A stretch of 64,000 nucleotides of DNA from Phyllosticta citribraziliensis. Taxonomy: Eukaryota. Below are positions 10,908 through 23,508 of this stretch, one piece after another (positions within the stretch are counted from its first letter, which is position 1; the number at the start of each line of letters is the position of its first letter). Where the stretch lies: positions 124,001-188,000 of the forward strand of contig NW_027117341.1 of NCBI RefSeq assembly GCF_038025025.1. The letters are read 5' to 3'. The notes under the pieces were generated by a model. It was not told the origin of the DNA, searched no databases, and saw only the letters and a list, made by a program, of their open reading frames with translations. Both the position numbers and the translations under genes were made by a program.

Positions 10908-11224
10908 GTCCATGGCCGGGAGCCGGACTTGCGTCTCTACTTACCCTACCTTACTCTCCAGGCAGACTCGTCAGCCGGTGGCTTGCGCGTTGCGCCATTT
11001 AGTCTACCTACGCCACGCAGCGCAGCAACCTGCTGAGCGTGAAGCCAAGGATGGATGAGCTGCGCTGACGATGCAGCAGCTCCCTGACAATTTCAACGTC
11101 TGCGCCGCAAGAGGAAGAACGCGCTGACGACGCACAGCAGCACAGCGAGGCTACTCGCGCTGGCGAGTACTCCGGCTCAGTGGAGAACGACGCGGTAAGT
11201 ATTCGACCGCTACTTCAGGGCGGA
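10908..11224 (-). pseudogene. Degenerate third tRNA-like copy
   Basis: 3' part GAGTCTGCCTGGAGA matches copy 1, followed by an insertion and a decayed T arm/acceptor. 5' TCCGCCC-TG-AAGTA..TACTT is a D-arm-like hairpin. Confidence 0.55.
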
Positions 11225-14200
11225 TACGTAGATCGGTAGGTCAGTAGGATAGGGGAAATTCTTGGTTTTGTTTGTGACCATGCCGCGTCAGCACCATCTC
11301 CCTCTTCATATCAGTCAGTCTGCATGTAAAGAGGATGGGACGGGCATGCCTACTACTCTTTCCCACCACTCTATTTTATTCCTTGCCATGCTGTTCGATA
11401 ATAAATAAGAAATCTGAGCTTGCTTTCCACTTACGTGTGTGTCTTGCATGGTTTGGCTACTTAGGTAGGTGAACTAGATTCAGAGAAGACGGTAAATATT
11501 ATCTTTCTACTTTCCTCGTTTCCGTGGCGTAGCTGGGATTAGACGCGCTTCATGGCGGCCTCTACTCAAGGCAGCGGGACGGGGCTTTTTCGACTTTGCT
11601 GAAAGGAGAGAGGAGAGGGTGTAGTGGAAAGCAGTAGCTAGGAATTTTATCTTTAGATGGCAAGGTAGGGTGTTATTTGTTTGCTATTGCTTCATATCAA
11701 CAGTGACAACGCGGCCGCATAATTCCCTTCTTACTTCACTTCTTTTCCTCGCTGTCATCCAACAACGAATCCTACAATTCAAAACATTCCACCGGCTCTT
11801 AACGCAGGTCGTCTTCGATGAGCAAGCATGGAGTAGGCTGCTAGTTTCTTCCTTACTCCCCTGTCTACCTGCCTACATACCGCCGAATGACAGCGCCTCA
11901 CATACAACTACCACGACATGACGCGCCGCCGTGCCGTGCACAGCGAACATACGCTTCGTGCAGTCAGCAGCGGCGGTGGTGCAATCGAGTCAGAGGGCGG
12001 GATCACCGGCTCACTCGCCAGTGGATAGATAGATATGCTAGGTTGTCGCGTGGTGTGGACAAGGCAGCACGCTAGATGTCATGCCGGACCGGCGCAGCAA
12101 AAGGATAGGCAGGCGAGGGGACAGTGGTAGGGAAGGATGCCGTATGCTAGGGTGTGTCAATCTTTCAATCAGCCTGTCAGACGGCATAGCCTTTTGACTT
12201 TGGTTCCTGGCGCTAGGCGTGTAGCTGAGGTAGTTCCTCAGCTTAAGGTTCCCAGGTACATGTTTGTCAGCTGAGGCGCCAGGCACATAGGTAGGTGTCC
12301 GGGTATCCCAGATCCCGGGACGGGATGCGCGCAGCAGCTGGCCGAAAGGCAGAAAGGAAGGCTGGCTGGCTGGCCGGTGCCCACCTTACCTACATGATCT
12401 AGTCCAAGGCAACGCACCGCACCGCGCCGGGCGTAGGACGATTGCACGAATGAGCGAGTCCACAAGCTAGCTGACGAGCCGGGCTGTTGATCGTCGCGCG
12501 GTGAGGCGGTGACCAGTTGGCGCAATCAATGGATTCGGCGCTGTTTGGCAACAAAGAGGCGCGAAGACAATGGTTGGCTGACTGACTAGCGGGCTCACGA
12601 GCAGGGGAATGATGTTAGATCCGGGGACGGCGGGCTGGCTGGGGTTTGTTTGTCGCCGCCTACCTACCTACCCAGCAAGCTCGCTAGCTGGCATCCTGCT
12701 CTGGCAGCCAACCCAAGATATGAGCGTAGTTGCAGTAGTGCAATGTGACGGCGTCGCCGTGGCGGTTTCGAAGACGCGAGAGATGTGTTGTTGGAGCGGC
12801 TGGTTGGTCGTTGGCCGTTGGTCGGATGGCGCGCTCGATGGTATGTGTATATCCAGTAAGTAGCAGTACACTATTGGTCTCGCTGACACTGCTGGATCGA
12901 GACTGGCTTGAGATGATGCGGCGCTTTTCGCGACGCGGAGGGGAAACATTGCGGACCGCGGCTGAGGGTTGGTCGTGTTTCAGTATTTGCACTGCAGCCT
13001 CTCTGTCGGCCGCTCACGAACGACGCTTGTTGTTGCAATTCGCCTGCGGGGCTGCATGTCGAACCGCATGCGTTGGGAGATTCCAACTCCACGGAGGTCA
13101 TCCTGGGAGCAGCTCTCGTCGGACCGCCAACAAAATTGCATCATGCGTTTGGTGCTTTGCCACAGGGGCAAGACCAGGACAGAGAGGTGTTTGCCGGGAA
13201 GAGCCCTGCATGCTGTGTCGTCGACAAGCACCACTAGGGCACGGCAAGAGATCTGCAGTCTTCGAGGGTTGGCGAGACCAAGTCGTGCGAATGCCGTTTT
13301 CTTGTCGCGTGGCGGCGCTCGTATGTATTTGGTGATTCGGCACCACCACCACCACCACCATATCGGCGACGGGCGAGTAGCAGGGCAATGTCATGAAATG
13401 TCTCACACGGCCCTTTTTGGAATGTAGCACTGTGCCAGTCAGAGTGAGGTGAGGCATTGGTAGGATGGTTTCACGAGACCGGAATTGGTCTACCACGTTG
13501 ATCAGGGGATAGCTGTCGCACGAGAGCGACCCAGCGATCAAGACTGCGGGCGTGGCGCGAAAGAAGTAGACAATGAAGACTGGGTGTGTGATGTGGTAGA
13601 AGTGCGCGGAATGGGCTGGACCGAGTGGAGAGGAAGGATCGAGGAGAATGCAGATGCGGCACCGGTGCTTTTCGCGACGGCCGTAGATTTGCGACAGGCT
13701 CGTACTCGGAGAGTTGCCGAGGTCGCGAGGCTTAGTCGGAGAGTGTTTTTTCGGTGTAGGATAGAAACGTGGTGTCGTTGAATGTCTTTGATTGAGTCGA
13801 GGTGGAGGGAAGGCGGCCAAAAGCAGGGAAAGGGAACTAGCGGGACGGTCCATAGATGACGCACTCAACCTTGGATAAAGTGTGGCAGACGGGCCGCCTA
13901 TTGCATCTAGCAGCACAGGATTGCGGGTCGTCGAGTGTTGAGGGTTTGAGGCGTCTCATTGGAAAAGCAACGACTGGACGGCGTGTGAGGATGTGGGAGC
14001 TAGAGAGGTGAGGTGCGACGCTGGCGAGAGAGGTGTTGGTGAAGGAGATGGACGTTGACGGACGAGAAGGTTGGGCAGCGTTTTCGAAGGAATGATGCAT
14101 GAAGATGGAGATGGTGATGGAGATGGAGAAGTGGAGTCGAGTCGAGTCGAGTGGTGGTCGGTTGACGGGCGGTCCGTCCCTGGCGATCCAGCGCCACTGC

Positions 14201-14997
14201 GCAAGTCGTCGGCCTCTCTCCACCACCTCACCTCACGACACCCATCAACACCACACCATCCATCGCCACGACATCCATGGCCATCTGCATCCCAGCCGCA
14301 TCTTCAGCCATCGACTGCAAACCCGCCCTAGTTCAGACTCGCACAGCGCCACGGCATCCTCGTCGCGGCCCACGGCCCACGGGCGACGGCTGGCCGACCT
14401 GGACGGGTGCCACACCTCCTTGCGTGCCGCCGTCTTTGTCGACAGCTGACCCGTGGCGAGCATGCAAAAGCAACGCGACACCGAGGCCATCCTGGTTGCT
14501 GGCGCCGGGAATGGCATACACACAGCCTGCATTCCTGGCCGCGCCCTTGTTCCTTGCCGGCGACTGGACCTGACCTGGCCTGAACGCTCAAAATAATCCA
14601 CCCACCGCATGGTCGTCGGTCGTCCCGCCGCTCAAAACCAAAACACTGTCGCCTTTAGGACGTGCCACTATTACCGTCCGGCGCAGTCCATCTTTGCTGC
14701 ACGTGGACTAGGGCCTGCTCCGCTGTGCTACTCTCGCTCTCGCTAATCCCGCGTCTGTAACCCAGCCCTCGAGAGCACAGGACGTGCTCATCTAATTGTA
14801 CAACCACCCTATGCACCCGCTGCCGCCAATCTGATCTGCCCAAGGCCAACGGTCGCCGCCGACGCACTCTCGCTCTCACGTCCAAAATCGCCCGACTTTC
14901 CGTCTGGTTATTATCCACCTCTCTGCCTTATCCAGCCGCGCCCACAACCTCTCAGCACATGTCCCCAACATTGCCGCCTTCGTGACCGAGGCCCACC

Positions 14998-17188
14998 ATG
15001 CCTGGCGGCCTACATCCCCCGGCTGATCTCTACAGACAATGGCAGACGGATGACTTTCCTCACGGAGAGCGCAGAGACTGGTCCATTGTCATCATCGTCA
15101 CCTTCTTTGGCTTCCTCGCCTACGCCACCGTTGCCGCGCGATTATGGGCTCGAGTCATTGTCAATCGCAACTCTGGCCTCGACGACGCCCTCATTGTAAT
15201 AGCTCTGGTCTGTCAACTCTGGAGTTGCCGGGGCTTGCGCTGACGGGCTCAGATTTTCACCTCTGGACTTGCAATATCTGTAATGCTAGGTCAGCGACTC
15301 TCCCCGTCCCTCGAATCTTCTAACGTCCTCCAGGAAGTCGACTCTATGGTTTTGACCGACACGTTTGGGATCTTACTCCAGCAATGGGCGTTCAGTCGCG
15401 CGAGGCAAGTCTGGCGTCAAAATGGCGATCAAAACTAACAAATGGCAGATTACAATGGCCATCGAAGCCACATATATCATCGCAACAGGCATCACCAAAA
15501 TCTCCATCCTCTGCTTCTACCGGCGCATCGCGTCGGGCACCGTCGCCAACTGGTTCCTGTACGCGACCTGGGCCAGCATCGCCTTTGTCGTTGCCTACAT
15601 GATTGCGTTCCTCGGAACCCTCTTTTTCGGCTGCAGCCCCATCAGCGCGTTTTGGAACCAAGTCGACCCCGAGTGGCTCGTGACCAACGACGGCAAGTGG
15701 CACTGCATTAATGAGCCCGGCAACCTGCTCGCCGCCAGCTCCGTCAGCATTGTGCAAGACTTTCTCGCCTGTGGCCTGCCCTACTTGTTGTTGCGCAAGC
15801 TGCAAATGTCGCGCCGGCAAAAGATTGCGCTGACCGCCGTCTTTGGCGTCGGAATCTTGTGAGTTTTTCCATGCGCCGGTCAACTTCCAGCCCTAACCCG
15901 CATTCCGAACGGCGCCCTTGTGGCGAGCACACCATGGTACCACTTGTCGTGCTAACATCAACGTGGCAGTCTCTGCGTAACGGGAATCTTACGCATTTAC
16001 TACATCCGTCTGTTGTTCTACACCACCTACGACATCACGTGGGCCGCACAACCCTGCTGGCTATGGACCGCCGTCGAAGCCGAACTCGCAATTGTGTGCG
16101 CCTCGGCCCCCGCTCTCAAGCCCTTCTTCGGACGCATCTTGCACGCCTCGGGCATCACAGCCATTGGCGGCAGCGGCAGCAACAACAGCGGCGTCGGCCG
16201 ACGTACACCAAACTTTGGAGGCGCCAAGAGCCCGAGGAAGAAGATGAGCCCCGGCGGTAGCACCAGCTTTAGCTTCGGGGATTCCAACGACGCATCCATC
16301 GCCGATCGCAGCATGAGTCCTAGTTTGAAAAAGCCCCGCGACTTTGAGATGGAGCAGTTGGCCAAGCACGGCACCGATGTCAGCGTCACGGCATTACCGC
16401 CGTACTCGCCCTCGTCCGGCCCCGTCTCGCCCTCGTCGACCGCGCGCTCCCCGCTGCATCGCCGCGCCAGTCGCACGACGCCGGGTTCCCTCACCTTTGG
16501 CGAGCCGCTGACGCGCTACGGCTTCGAAGCCGACATTTCGGGCGGCAACCACCACAACCACCATCATCATCATCATCACCGCAAAGTCAGCAGCAAGCTC
16601 CCCGACCTCGAGCGCGGCTCCGACTGGGACGACGACGACTCGCCCGACGACGAAATCGCCTACCAGCCGCTCGCCGCACACCCATCGTCGCCCGCGGCGC
16701 CCTCACCTACAACCATGGCCGCCGCCGCCGCGCCCCTCGGCGGCATCAAGGTCGAGCAGCGCGTCGACGTCGACTTCTCCGGCAACGAGCAGTGGCCGCT
16801 GGCGCTGGCGGGCGGGCCCCTGGGCCCTAACGGCGCGCCGCCCTCGGCTCTGCCCGTGCCTCTTGAGCCGCGCGGCTACCACGGCGGCGGCGGCGGCAGC
16901 TACCACCACGGCGGCTTCGGCTTTGGCGCATTTGGCGACAAGGAGCGCGAGGCCAACGGCGGCGGCGGTGACAGTGGCAGCGAGAATGACAACGCGAATG
17001 GCAGCGAGAAGAGAGGCGCGGCGGGGTCGCGGACGGGCTCGGACGAGGTCAAACTCGTCGATGTTGGCGGAGGCGGCGGCGGCAGAGGCGCTGATGGCGG
17101 TGGTGTTGGCGTCGGGCGCAGCACCAGTAGTAGCAGTGCCATGGCGACGAGCCACCACGCGCGCATCGTGCGCAAGTTCTTTGGGTAG
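14998..17188 (+). CDS. PTH11-like (rhodopsin-domain) integral membrane protein with long low-complexity tail
   Basis: ARLWAR...GLDDALI, TKISILCFYRRI, FFGCSPISAFW, QDFLACGLP..L.KLQM..RQKIAL, WTAVEAELAIVCASAPALKPFF. Four introns. Confidence 0.9.
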
Positions 17189-17703
17189 TGAGTACTGTAT
17201 GAAGTGCGGTTCCGGAATTGCTTGCTTGGGCGGATTGATGCGATGGGTCGGTATCTGGCGTGTCTAGGGTGGGATCTTTTGGTGCGCAGCCACGGCTGCG
17301 TCGATTTGTGCATGGGTGTGTGGATGGGTAAGTCGAGTCCTGCCGGGCGACGTGCGTGTTGCTCGTCGCGCCTGTTCGAGGCCGCAGTGTTTTCTTTTCC
17401 TTCTTGTTACCCCCCTTTTCTTCTCATGTCCGTTATTGACGTCACGAGCGAACGAACGTAAAAAAGTCCTAATCAACATGTCTTCGACACTTCACCACAT
17501 GTTGCGTGTTAGAGACTTGCTTTTCCTGCTTGTCTCATGACGACTACCGCATTGGATTTGGGAGAATTGAAAAGAGTCTTTGGAACATGTACAGCGAACA
17601 CCCTCCGCCAACCTTACAACATATACACAACACCAGCACCCCCAACCCCCAATTACCCCCGTGCTTTCCCCCCTGTTTCTTGACCTTCCTCACCCTCTCT
17701 CAT

Positions 17704-19521
17704 CTAGTTCTGCAACTGCAACTGCCACCACCGACACCGATCATTACTCGCCGGATCCCGCCCCTCCCTAATCGCGCTGTTCCCGACATCCAGCACGCGC
17801 GCCTGCTCGCCGACCATCGGGAAATCCGGCACGCCATCGACCGCACTGTCCGGCTTCCCGTTCGCCGCGAAACTGACGAGGTAATCCTGCAGCGCAAACG
17901 CCGCCGTCTCGTTGACGGGGAAATCGGCAATGTACGTGTCGCCGCCGCCGCCGCTGTATCTCTGCCCCGGCACGTAGTACGTGAGGCCGTTGTCCTGCCC
18001 GTGGAGGCCCGGGAACGTGCTGAAGAGGTAGGAGTACGTGTTGTTGCTGAACGCGGAGGAGAGGCCGACCGTGTTGCACGTGAAGGCGGCTTCGGAGATC
18101 AGCAGCGCGGCGCGCGCGACTTGGTCGCGGTAGCCGAGCGAGCCGTCCAGCCGGTTCGGGTACAGCGTGTCGGTGATGTAGGACAGCACGGCGGGCTGTG
18201 CGTAGCGGAACGCGTTGCGCGCCCAGCCCTGAAAGTCGGCGTCGCTGTTGAGCGGCGGCGTGAAGAGGAGGCCCTCGTTCGTGTTGTGCGCGCTCAGGAT
18301 GCGCAGCTTGCGCGCGAACTGCCGGTGGTTGAGCAGCGTCTTGGGGTCCGCGGGGACGAAGAAGCCGTCGGGGGATGGCCCGTATTTGAAGAAGCCGTAC
18401 GGCGAGGCCGCGACGTCGCGGCGGTTGGCGCGCTGCAGGTCGGCGGTGGGGAGCGCGCGCAGCTCGTCGACGCCGCCGCCGGCAGGCACGCTGGCCTCGC
18501 GCAGCAGGTCGTTGAACTGGTCCTCCTGCTCTCGAGGCGAGGTAGTCGGGAACCAGGCCGGGCTCTGCGGGATGGCGGACGCGAACGGCACGTCGAGCAG
18601 GCCGCCGTAGGCCGTGATTTGGTGCAGGATGCTGCCGCCGCCGGCGGACTCGCCCAGCAGCGTGACGCGGTCTTTGTCGCCGCCGAACTTGCTGATGTGC
18701 TTTTGCACCCACTCGAGCGCGAAGCGCTGGTCGTGCAGGCCGGCGTTGGCGATGCCGTTCTTTTGGAAGGATGGCCCGGAGAGGAAGCCGAAAGCCCCGA
18801 GACGGTAGTTGATCGAGACGTAGATGATTTCTTCGCCCACGACACGACTGCGGTTGAGGAGGCCGTACGCATCGCCTAGATCGGCTTTGGAGCCGTATGT
18901 GTAGCCGCCGCCTTTGTACTTCATCAGTGACTGCTATTCAACTTGGACGAGAGACTTACCATGGAACGCAACAACCACTGGCGCGCCTCGGGTAGTAGGC
19001 TTCTCATAGACATCCTGAGGAACAAGCACGTCCAGGAACAGGCAGTCCTCGGTCTGGCGCGGGTCACTGAGCAAGGTGGCGCCTGACGGGTTCGACAAAT
19101 CGCCAGGACTCGGGAGACTGGGAGGAATGACTCCGCGAGTGATGTAGTCGGTCAACCACACCCTCGAGATACCTGCCCAACGCGGGAGCGCCTGCGGGCA
19201 GATCTTGCCCTCAGACCCAGTGCGGACGGCTGACCTGTCGAATGCCGGGCTTTCGGGGGCTTTGAACCGCAACTCGCCCACGGGAGGCGCGGCATATCGG
19301 ATGTTGGAAAAGTTGTAAAACTTGCGGTCCTCCTGAAAGAATTGTCAGAAGGTGGAAACTTGAAGGGGGACCACACCTACGTTGAAGCTGTTGGCTTGAT
19401 ACAACTCGTAATCCAAATCAACAACGGGCAGCTGCCGACTCGACCCCTGAGCCTGCGGGCGAGCCCAACCCCCTCCCACCAACACCGACACAACACCGAT
19501 TCCAAGTAGCGAGGCCTTCAT
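17704..19521 (-). CDS. Secreted type-B carboxylesterase/lipase
   Basis: NIRYAAPP.GELRF, EDCLFLDV, HGGGY (across an intron), NYRLGAFGF, GESAGG nucleophile elbow. Two introns. Confidence 0.93.
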
Positions 19522-21417
19522 AACGAGAAAAATCGAATTCCGTAAAGAGCGACTGGTGAATTCTCTATATCGCGACGACGAAGGCCAGGGTACGACTAGC
19601 AATAGCCAAACGTAGAAGAGGAGCGCCAGAACGGTATAAAAAGGCTGCGGCGCGGCGATCATCTAAGATGGCTTCAATTTCCCAAATATTGGGACTCGAG
19701 AAGTAAAATTGGAAAAAGATGGCGCTTGGGTTTCGTCTTTACAATCGCCTTCTTCCAGAACCGCAACTTCCGGCCATGCTCGACGGGTGAGGTCCTTGGC
19801 TTGTTGTGGTTCGGACGAAAAGCGAAGGAAAGATGGCTCTCTGACGTTCTGGTCGGTGGAGTCGCCGTCATAGTCATGGTCCCGCTGTCTGCTGCGGGGT
19901 GAGGAGTACCGCTGAGGAGTTGCGCTACCCGTCGAGCACATGCAAAGCTGAAGAAGCTGTACCCCTGACCGAGTGCCCGAAAAGGTAGGTCGAGGGCAGT
20001 GCCGACGGCTAGACGGAAGGGGACCCAAGGCCTTTTCGCAGCTGATCGCATTCGAACGTTTTTGCGGGGAGCGGACTGCGGAGAGATGCAGATGAAGTTG
20101 CAGCAGCACAAGGCGTGATTGGTCGACGCAGGGAGTTGTCATCTGTTCCTGGGCAGCCATGTGAGGCATCCATGGATGAGTAAGGAGGCTTGGGGCTTGG
20201 GACGCGGGTTTGTACTTGGCTCTTCCCTGTGCTACGTCACCAACCGAGGTACGGCTGCGGCTCATCTCTTTGCCTGTTGACAAAATGTTGCCGGCAGTTT
20301 TCCACCGGCAGTCGTAAGTAAAATTGATGAATTCGCTTGGCTCGGAATGGTGCGAGACTAAGCGGATCACGACCCGAGAGCTTGTCGTAGTTGTCGCTCG
20401 TACTCGTAGATCTCGAGTGTCTTGGTATGCAGCAGTCAATTCTCTGTCGCACCTGTCTGAGACAAACTTGAGTCTGAAAAAGACTGCGACTTGTAGCCTA
20501 CAGTCTGTCAGTCTCAGTCTTGCAATTGCAACTCGAGCGCTGAATTCGTGTTGTCGAATAAAGAGCGCGAGACGTTGCGACCTGGTTGGTGTTGGTGTGG
20601 CGCCGACGCCCCGACAACCATAAAACAACCGTAAAACAATCCCGAACCTTACGATAACCTAAAACTGACAGCTTTCACTACGTTCAAAGTTGTCGAAATT
20701 GCCTTTTCCGGTTACCTGCATCATCTCCATGACCAATCAGCTCGCATCGTGTCTTGAGACCAGACTTTGTGGACAACTGGACAGTTGCATGGGCTGGTAA
20801 AGAGGTTAAAATTGCAAACTATGTGCGCAATTACTTCACGCACTTTGTTGGTTTGTTTGCACGTCCTTGGTGGGTCGACACGTGGGAGAGGAATGTGGAA
20901 AATCAAATTAGGAAGTTGAATCCCGGCATGGGAAACACGCCTTTTCCATGTACCGGGATGTCGATATTGTTGCTTGATCAATTCTCGCCTGTGGACTGCT
21001 CGGCATGATGCTAAGTGATAGGAAAATGTGTTTTCATAGGCTGGGCCAAGCTATTTTCCGGTGGTTATGGCGGAGATCGATTCTGTGCGGAGGGTGAGAT
21101 GGCGCGTTTGGGGAGATTCAGGGGCATCGTGATCTTGCGGGCTGTGTACAGTCGGTTTTTACTCATCCGAGTGCCTCGCTCGGGTGTGATTCTCATCTCG
21201 TCACTTTCGCAGGATTGCCTTGCGCATCAGGTAGAATTCGAAGATTGTGTCGGAGAAAAGACCAGTCTTGTCCCGTGGACGATGAAGTGCCAAGTAAGAG
21301 ACTCCAACAGACTGTTTACTCATCCCTGGGAGGATGTGGATGGAGGCTCCTAAACTAACCTGCGCCGATTGTCAGCGACAACACGATATGGGTTTGAAAA
21401 ATGGCTGGTCACTTACC

Positions 21418-22890
21418 TCAGACGAGACAAAAGTCTTGCAGATCCTTTTCCTCCAGCCCCTTCATGGCTTCTCCAGCCATGATGTCTCCGACGAACGCCT
21501 CTCCAATGAAACAGCACTTTCCTTCGTCGCCCGGAATCTTCCTTACAATGTAGGGAACCGCTCCTCCAGAGAAGATGCAAACTATGTCTCCTTCAGCGCA
21601 TGAACCTGGTTTCCGTCGCATGTGACCACGGTGGCCGCGAGAAGTTTTGAAGGAATTAGTAGTGGCCCTTCTGATTGAGTCGAACACGATGCCTCGAAGG
21701 AAGAGCACGGAATACTCTGCAGACTTTTGTTCCTTGGTCGACGTGAACCTGTCACATGCATTGTACGACTTCCGAGAGCCCATCGGATCCAAGATTGACG
21801 CATAGTTGGCATCCAGCTTGTCCCACTGCACTGCCCAGGACACAAGCCGCTCAGATACAAGGGAGGCACTAGTGATGCTCAGAAGATCGAGATTCCGGGT
21901 TTTGTTGATGAACTTTTGGGAAAGTTCTGCAAAAACGGAGCCGGTTGGCTTTCCGTAGTCCATGTTGTCGCGAAAATCACCTCCGTCGGAGGCGATGCCG
22001 ACGAGTGCGTATAGTTTATCTTCAGGTATCGTCGTTTTGCTCGCTCGCGATTGATAGGCAAGTTGCATCAGGGTTTTGTTTGAAAGCGAGAGCAACGATC
22101 GATGGAGATCGATTTTGGACAATATGGCCTTTCCGTGCGACCTTTTGGGTGAGTCCGCATAAGGGTCATTTGCAGCTTCAACTTCAAGGACCTCAAGAAT
22201 TTCGTCGAATGGAATCTCGGCATTCTCGAACATCATGACAGCCTCTCTGGCCAATGCTGCTTCTTGAATGACCCATGTGCGACCGAACCATGTTGAAAAT
22301 GCCTGCAGTCGATCAGGTCGGAGTGATTCCATACGTTCTAATTTGAACGAGTCCTGGTCTTCTTGCTGGAAATCGTGGTATTCTTGGCGGAACCGAGTCG
22401 GAATGACCAGATGTTGCTCGTTGCGCTTAGAGCGAGCCATGTTGACCTGAAAGAATGTGTGGATGAAAGTTGCCCTGCGCCATCCAATGTAAGGAACCGG
22501 ACAGATTAGGACACGAGATGCGTGTTTGTAAATCTTGTCCATCAGCTTGAGTTGGTGATTTTTCTCCTCAACAAACTCTTGGTCGATGCAAATTGCATCT
22601 ATCCACAGATTCCTTGGCTTGTCGGAGAACCGCAGATCTTTTAGGACTCGCATGCAGTTTGGAGTGACCTTGACTTCTGCCTCGGAAGGCTCGCAGAGCA
22701 CCGAGAATCTTCGGCCACCCTGACCCCATACATAGGACACTGCTTCATAATCCGGATTTTCATCCATGGAAGCTTGCAGAATCTCGATTCGAGGCCTGTC
22801 CTGACGGTCTCCAGGTAGAAGTTTGAGAATTCGAAACGAGCCTGGTCCTTGCAATGGCGAGTATTGATATTCAAGGTTTTGTTGGGCCAT
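21418..22890 (-). CDS. HET-domain (heterokaryon incompatibility) protein
   Basis: FRILKLLPG, YEAVSYVWG, LWIDAICIDQ, MDKIY, WFGRTWVIQE, C-terminal GDIVCIFSGG..FIGEAFV..IM.GEA. Confidence 0.92.
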   Translation of the reverse strand: MAQQNLEYQYSPLQGPGSFRILKLLPGDRQDRPRIEILQASMDENPDYEAVSYVWGQGGRRFSVLCEPSEAEVKVTPNCMRVLKDLRFSDKPRNLWIDAICIDQEFVEEKNHQLKLMDKIYKHASRVLICPVPYIGWRRATFIHTFFQVNMARSKRNEQHLVIPTRFRQEYHDFQQEDQDSFKLERMESLRPDRLQAFSTWFGRTWVIQEAALAREAVMMFENAEIPFDEILEVLEVEAANDPYADSPKRSHGKAILSKIDLHRSLLSLSNKTLMQLAYQSRASKTTIPEDKLYALVGIASDGGDFRDNMDYGKPTGSVFAELSQKFINKTRNLDLLSITSASLVSERLVSWAVQWDKLDANYASILDPMGSRKSYNACDRFTSTKEQKSAEYSVLFLRGIVFDSIRRATTNSFKTSRGHRGHMRRKPGSCAEGDIVCIFSGGAVPYIVRKIPGDEGKCCFIGEAFVGDIMAGEAMKGLEEKDLQDFCLV

Positions 22891-23508
22891 GATCGTGGTT
22901 TCTGAAGTAGCAGTTGGAGGAAGTTCTTCGAGACAGTCAGCCTGGAATTTCAGGGGTAGATAGAAACGAAGAGCGTAATGAAGCCTTACCAACCGCGTGT
23001 GATTCCCGGTCTTTCGGAGGTTCGATTGTTGGCGTCGGTCACTGTGAAGTCGTTCTGGGAGGGTAAGAGGAGAGGAGAAAGGGAGATTGAATGTGCACAA
23101 GAGAAGAGTGGCAGTTCAGCCGAGTCACAATCTGACTTTGGCGACTCATTGCTCAGCGGCCCCCATGAGGGAGGCTATGACATCGGTGGGGTCCGTTAGC
23201 GCAGCACTCTGCATCGCCTCTGATGACATGTTGCCGCGTGATGTGGGGTCACAATCAGTGTTGAAGGGCAGCTCTCAGTTTGCAGTCCCTGGATACAGCC
23301 GTGGTAGCAGAACACATTGTGTGTTGGAGCTGGACAGTGATGAAATGGGTGCAGAGGAGCGGAGCGGAGCGGAGTGGAGAAGGAGCCGCAGGTCTGTGCA
23401 CCTACCCATCTTGGCGCTCCGGGCGACCCCCCGGCCAGACACCAGCTGCTCCCCCAGCTACCTGCACCAGCTCCCCACCTTTAATCACACACAATCCGCG
23501 TCGCCGCC

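Noticed and set aside
11300..14990. Many short ORFs and microsatellites ((CAC)n at ~13340, GAGTC repeats at ~14135)
   Set aside because: Look like long promoter/UTR sequence; no supportable gene
17506..18879. 457-aa plus-strand ORF
   Set aside because: Antisense shadow of the GC-rich carboxylesterase
19663..20628. 321-aa minus-strand ORF
   Set aside because: No motif or coding-like composition; overlaps the esterase promoter
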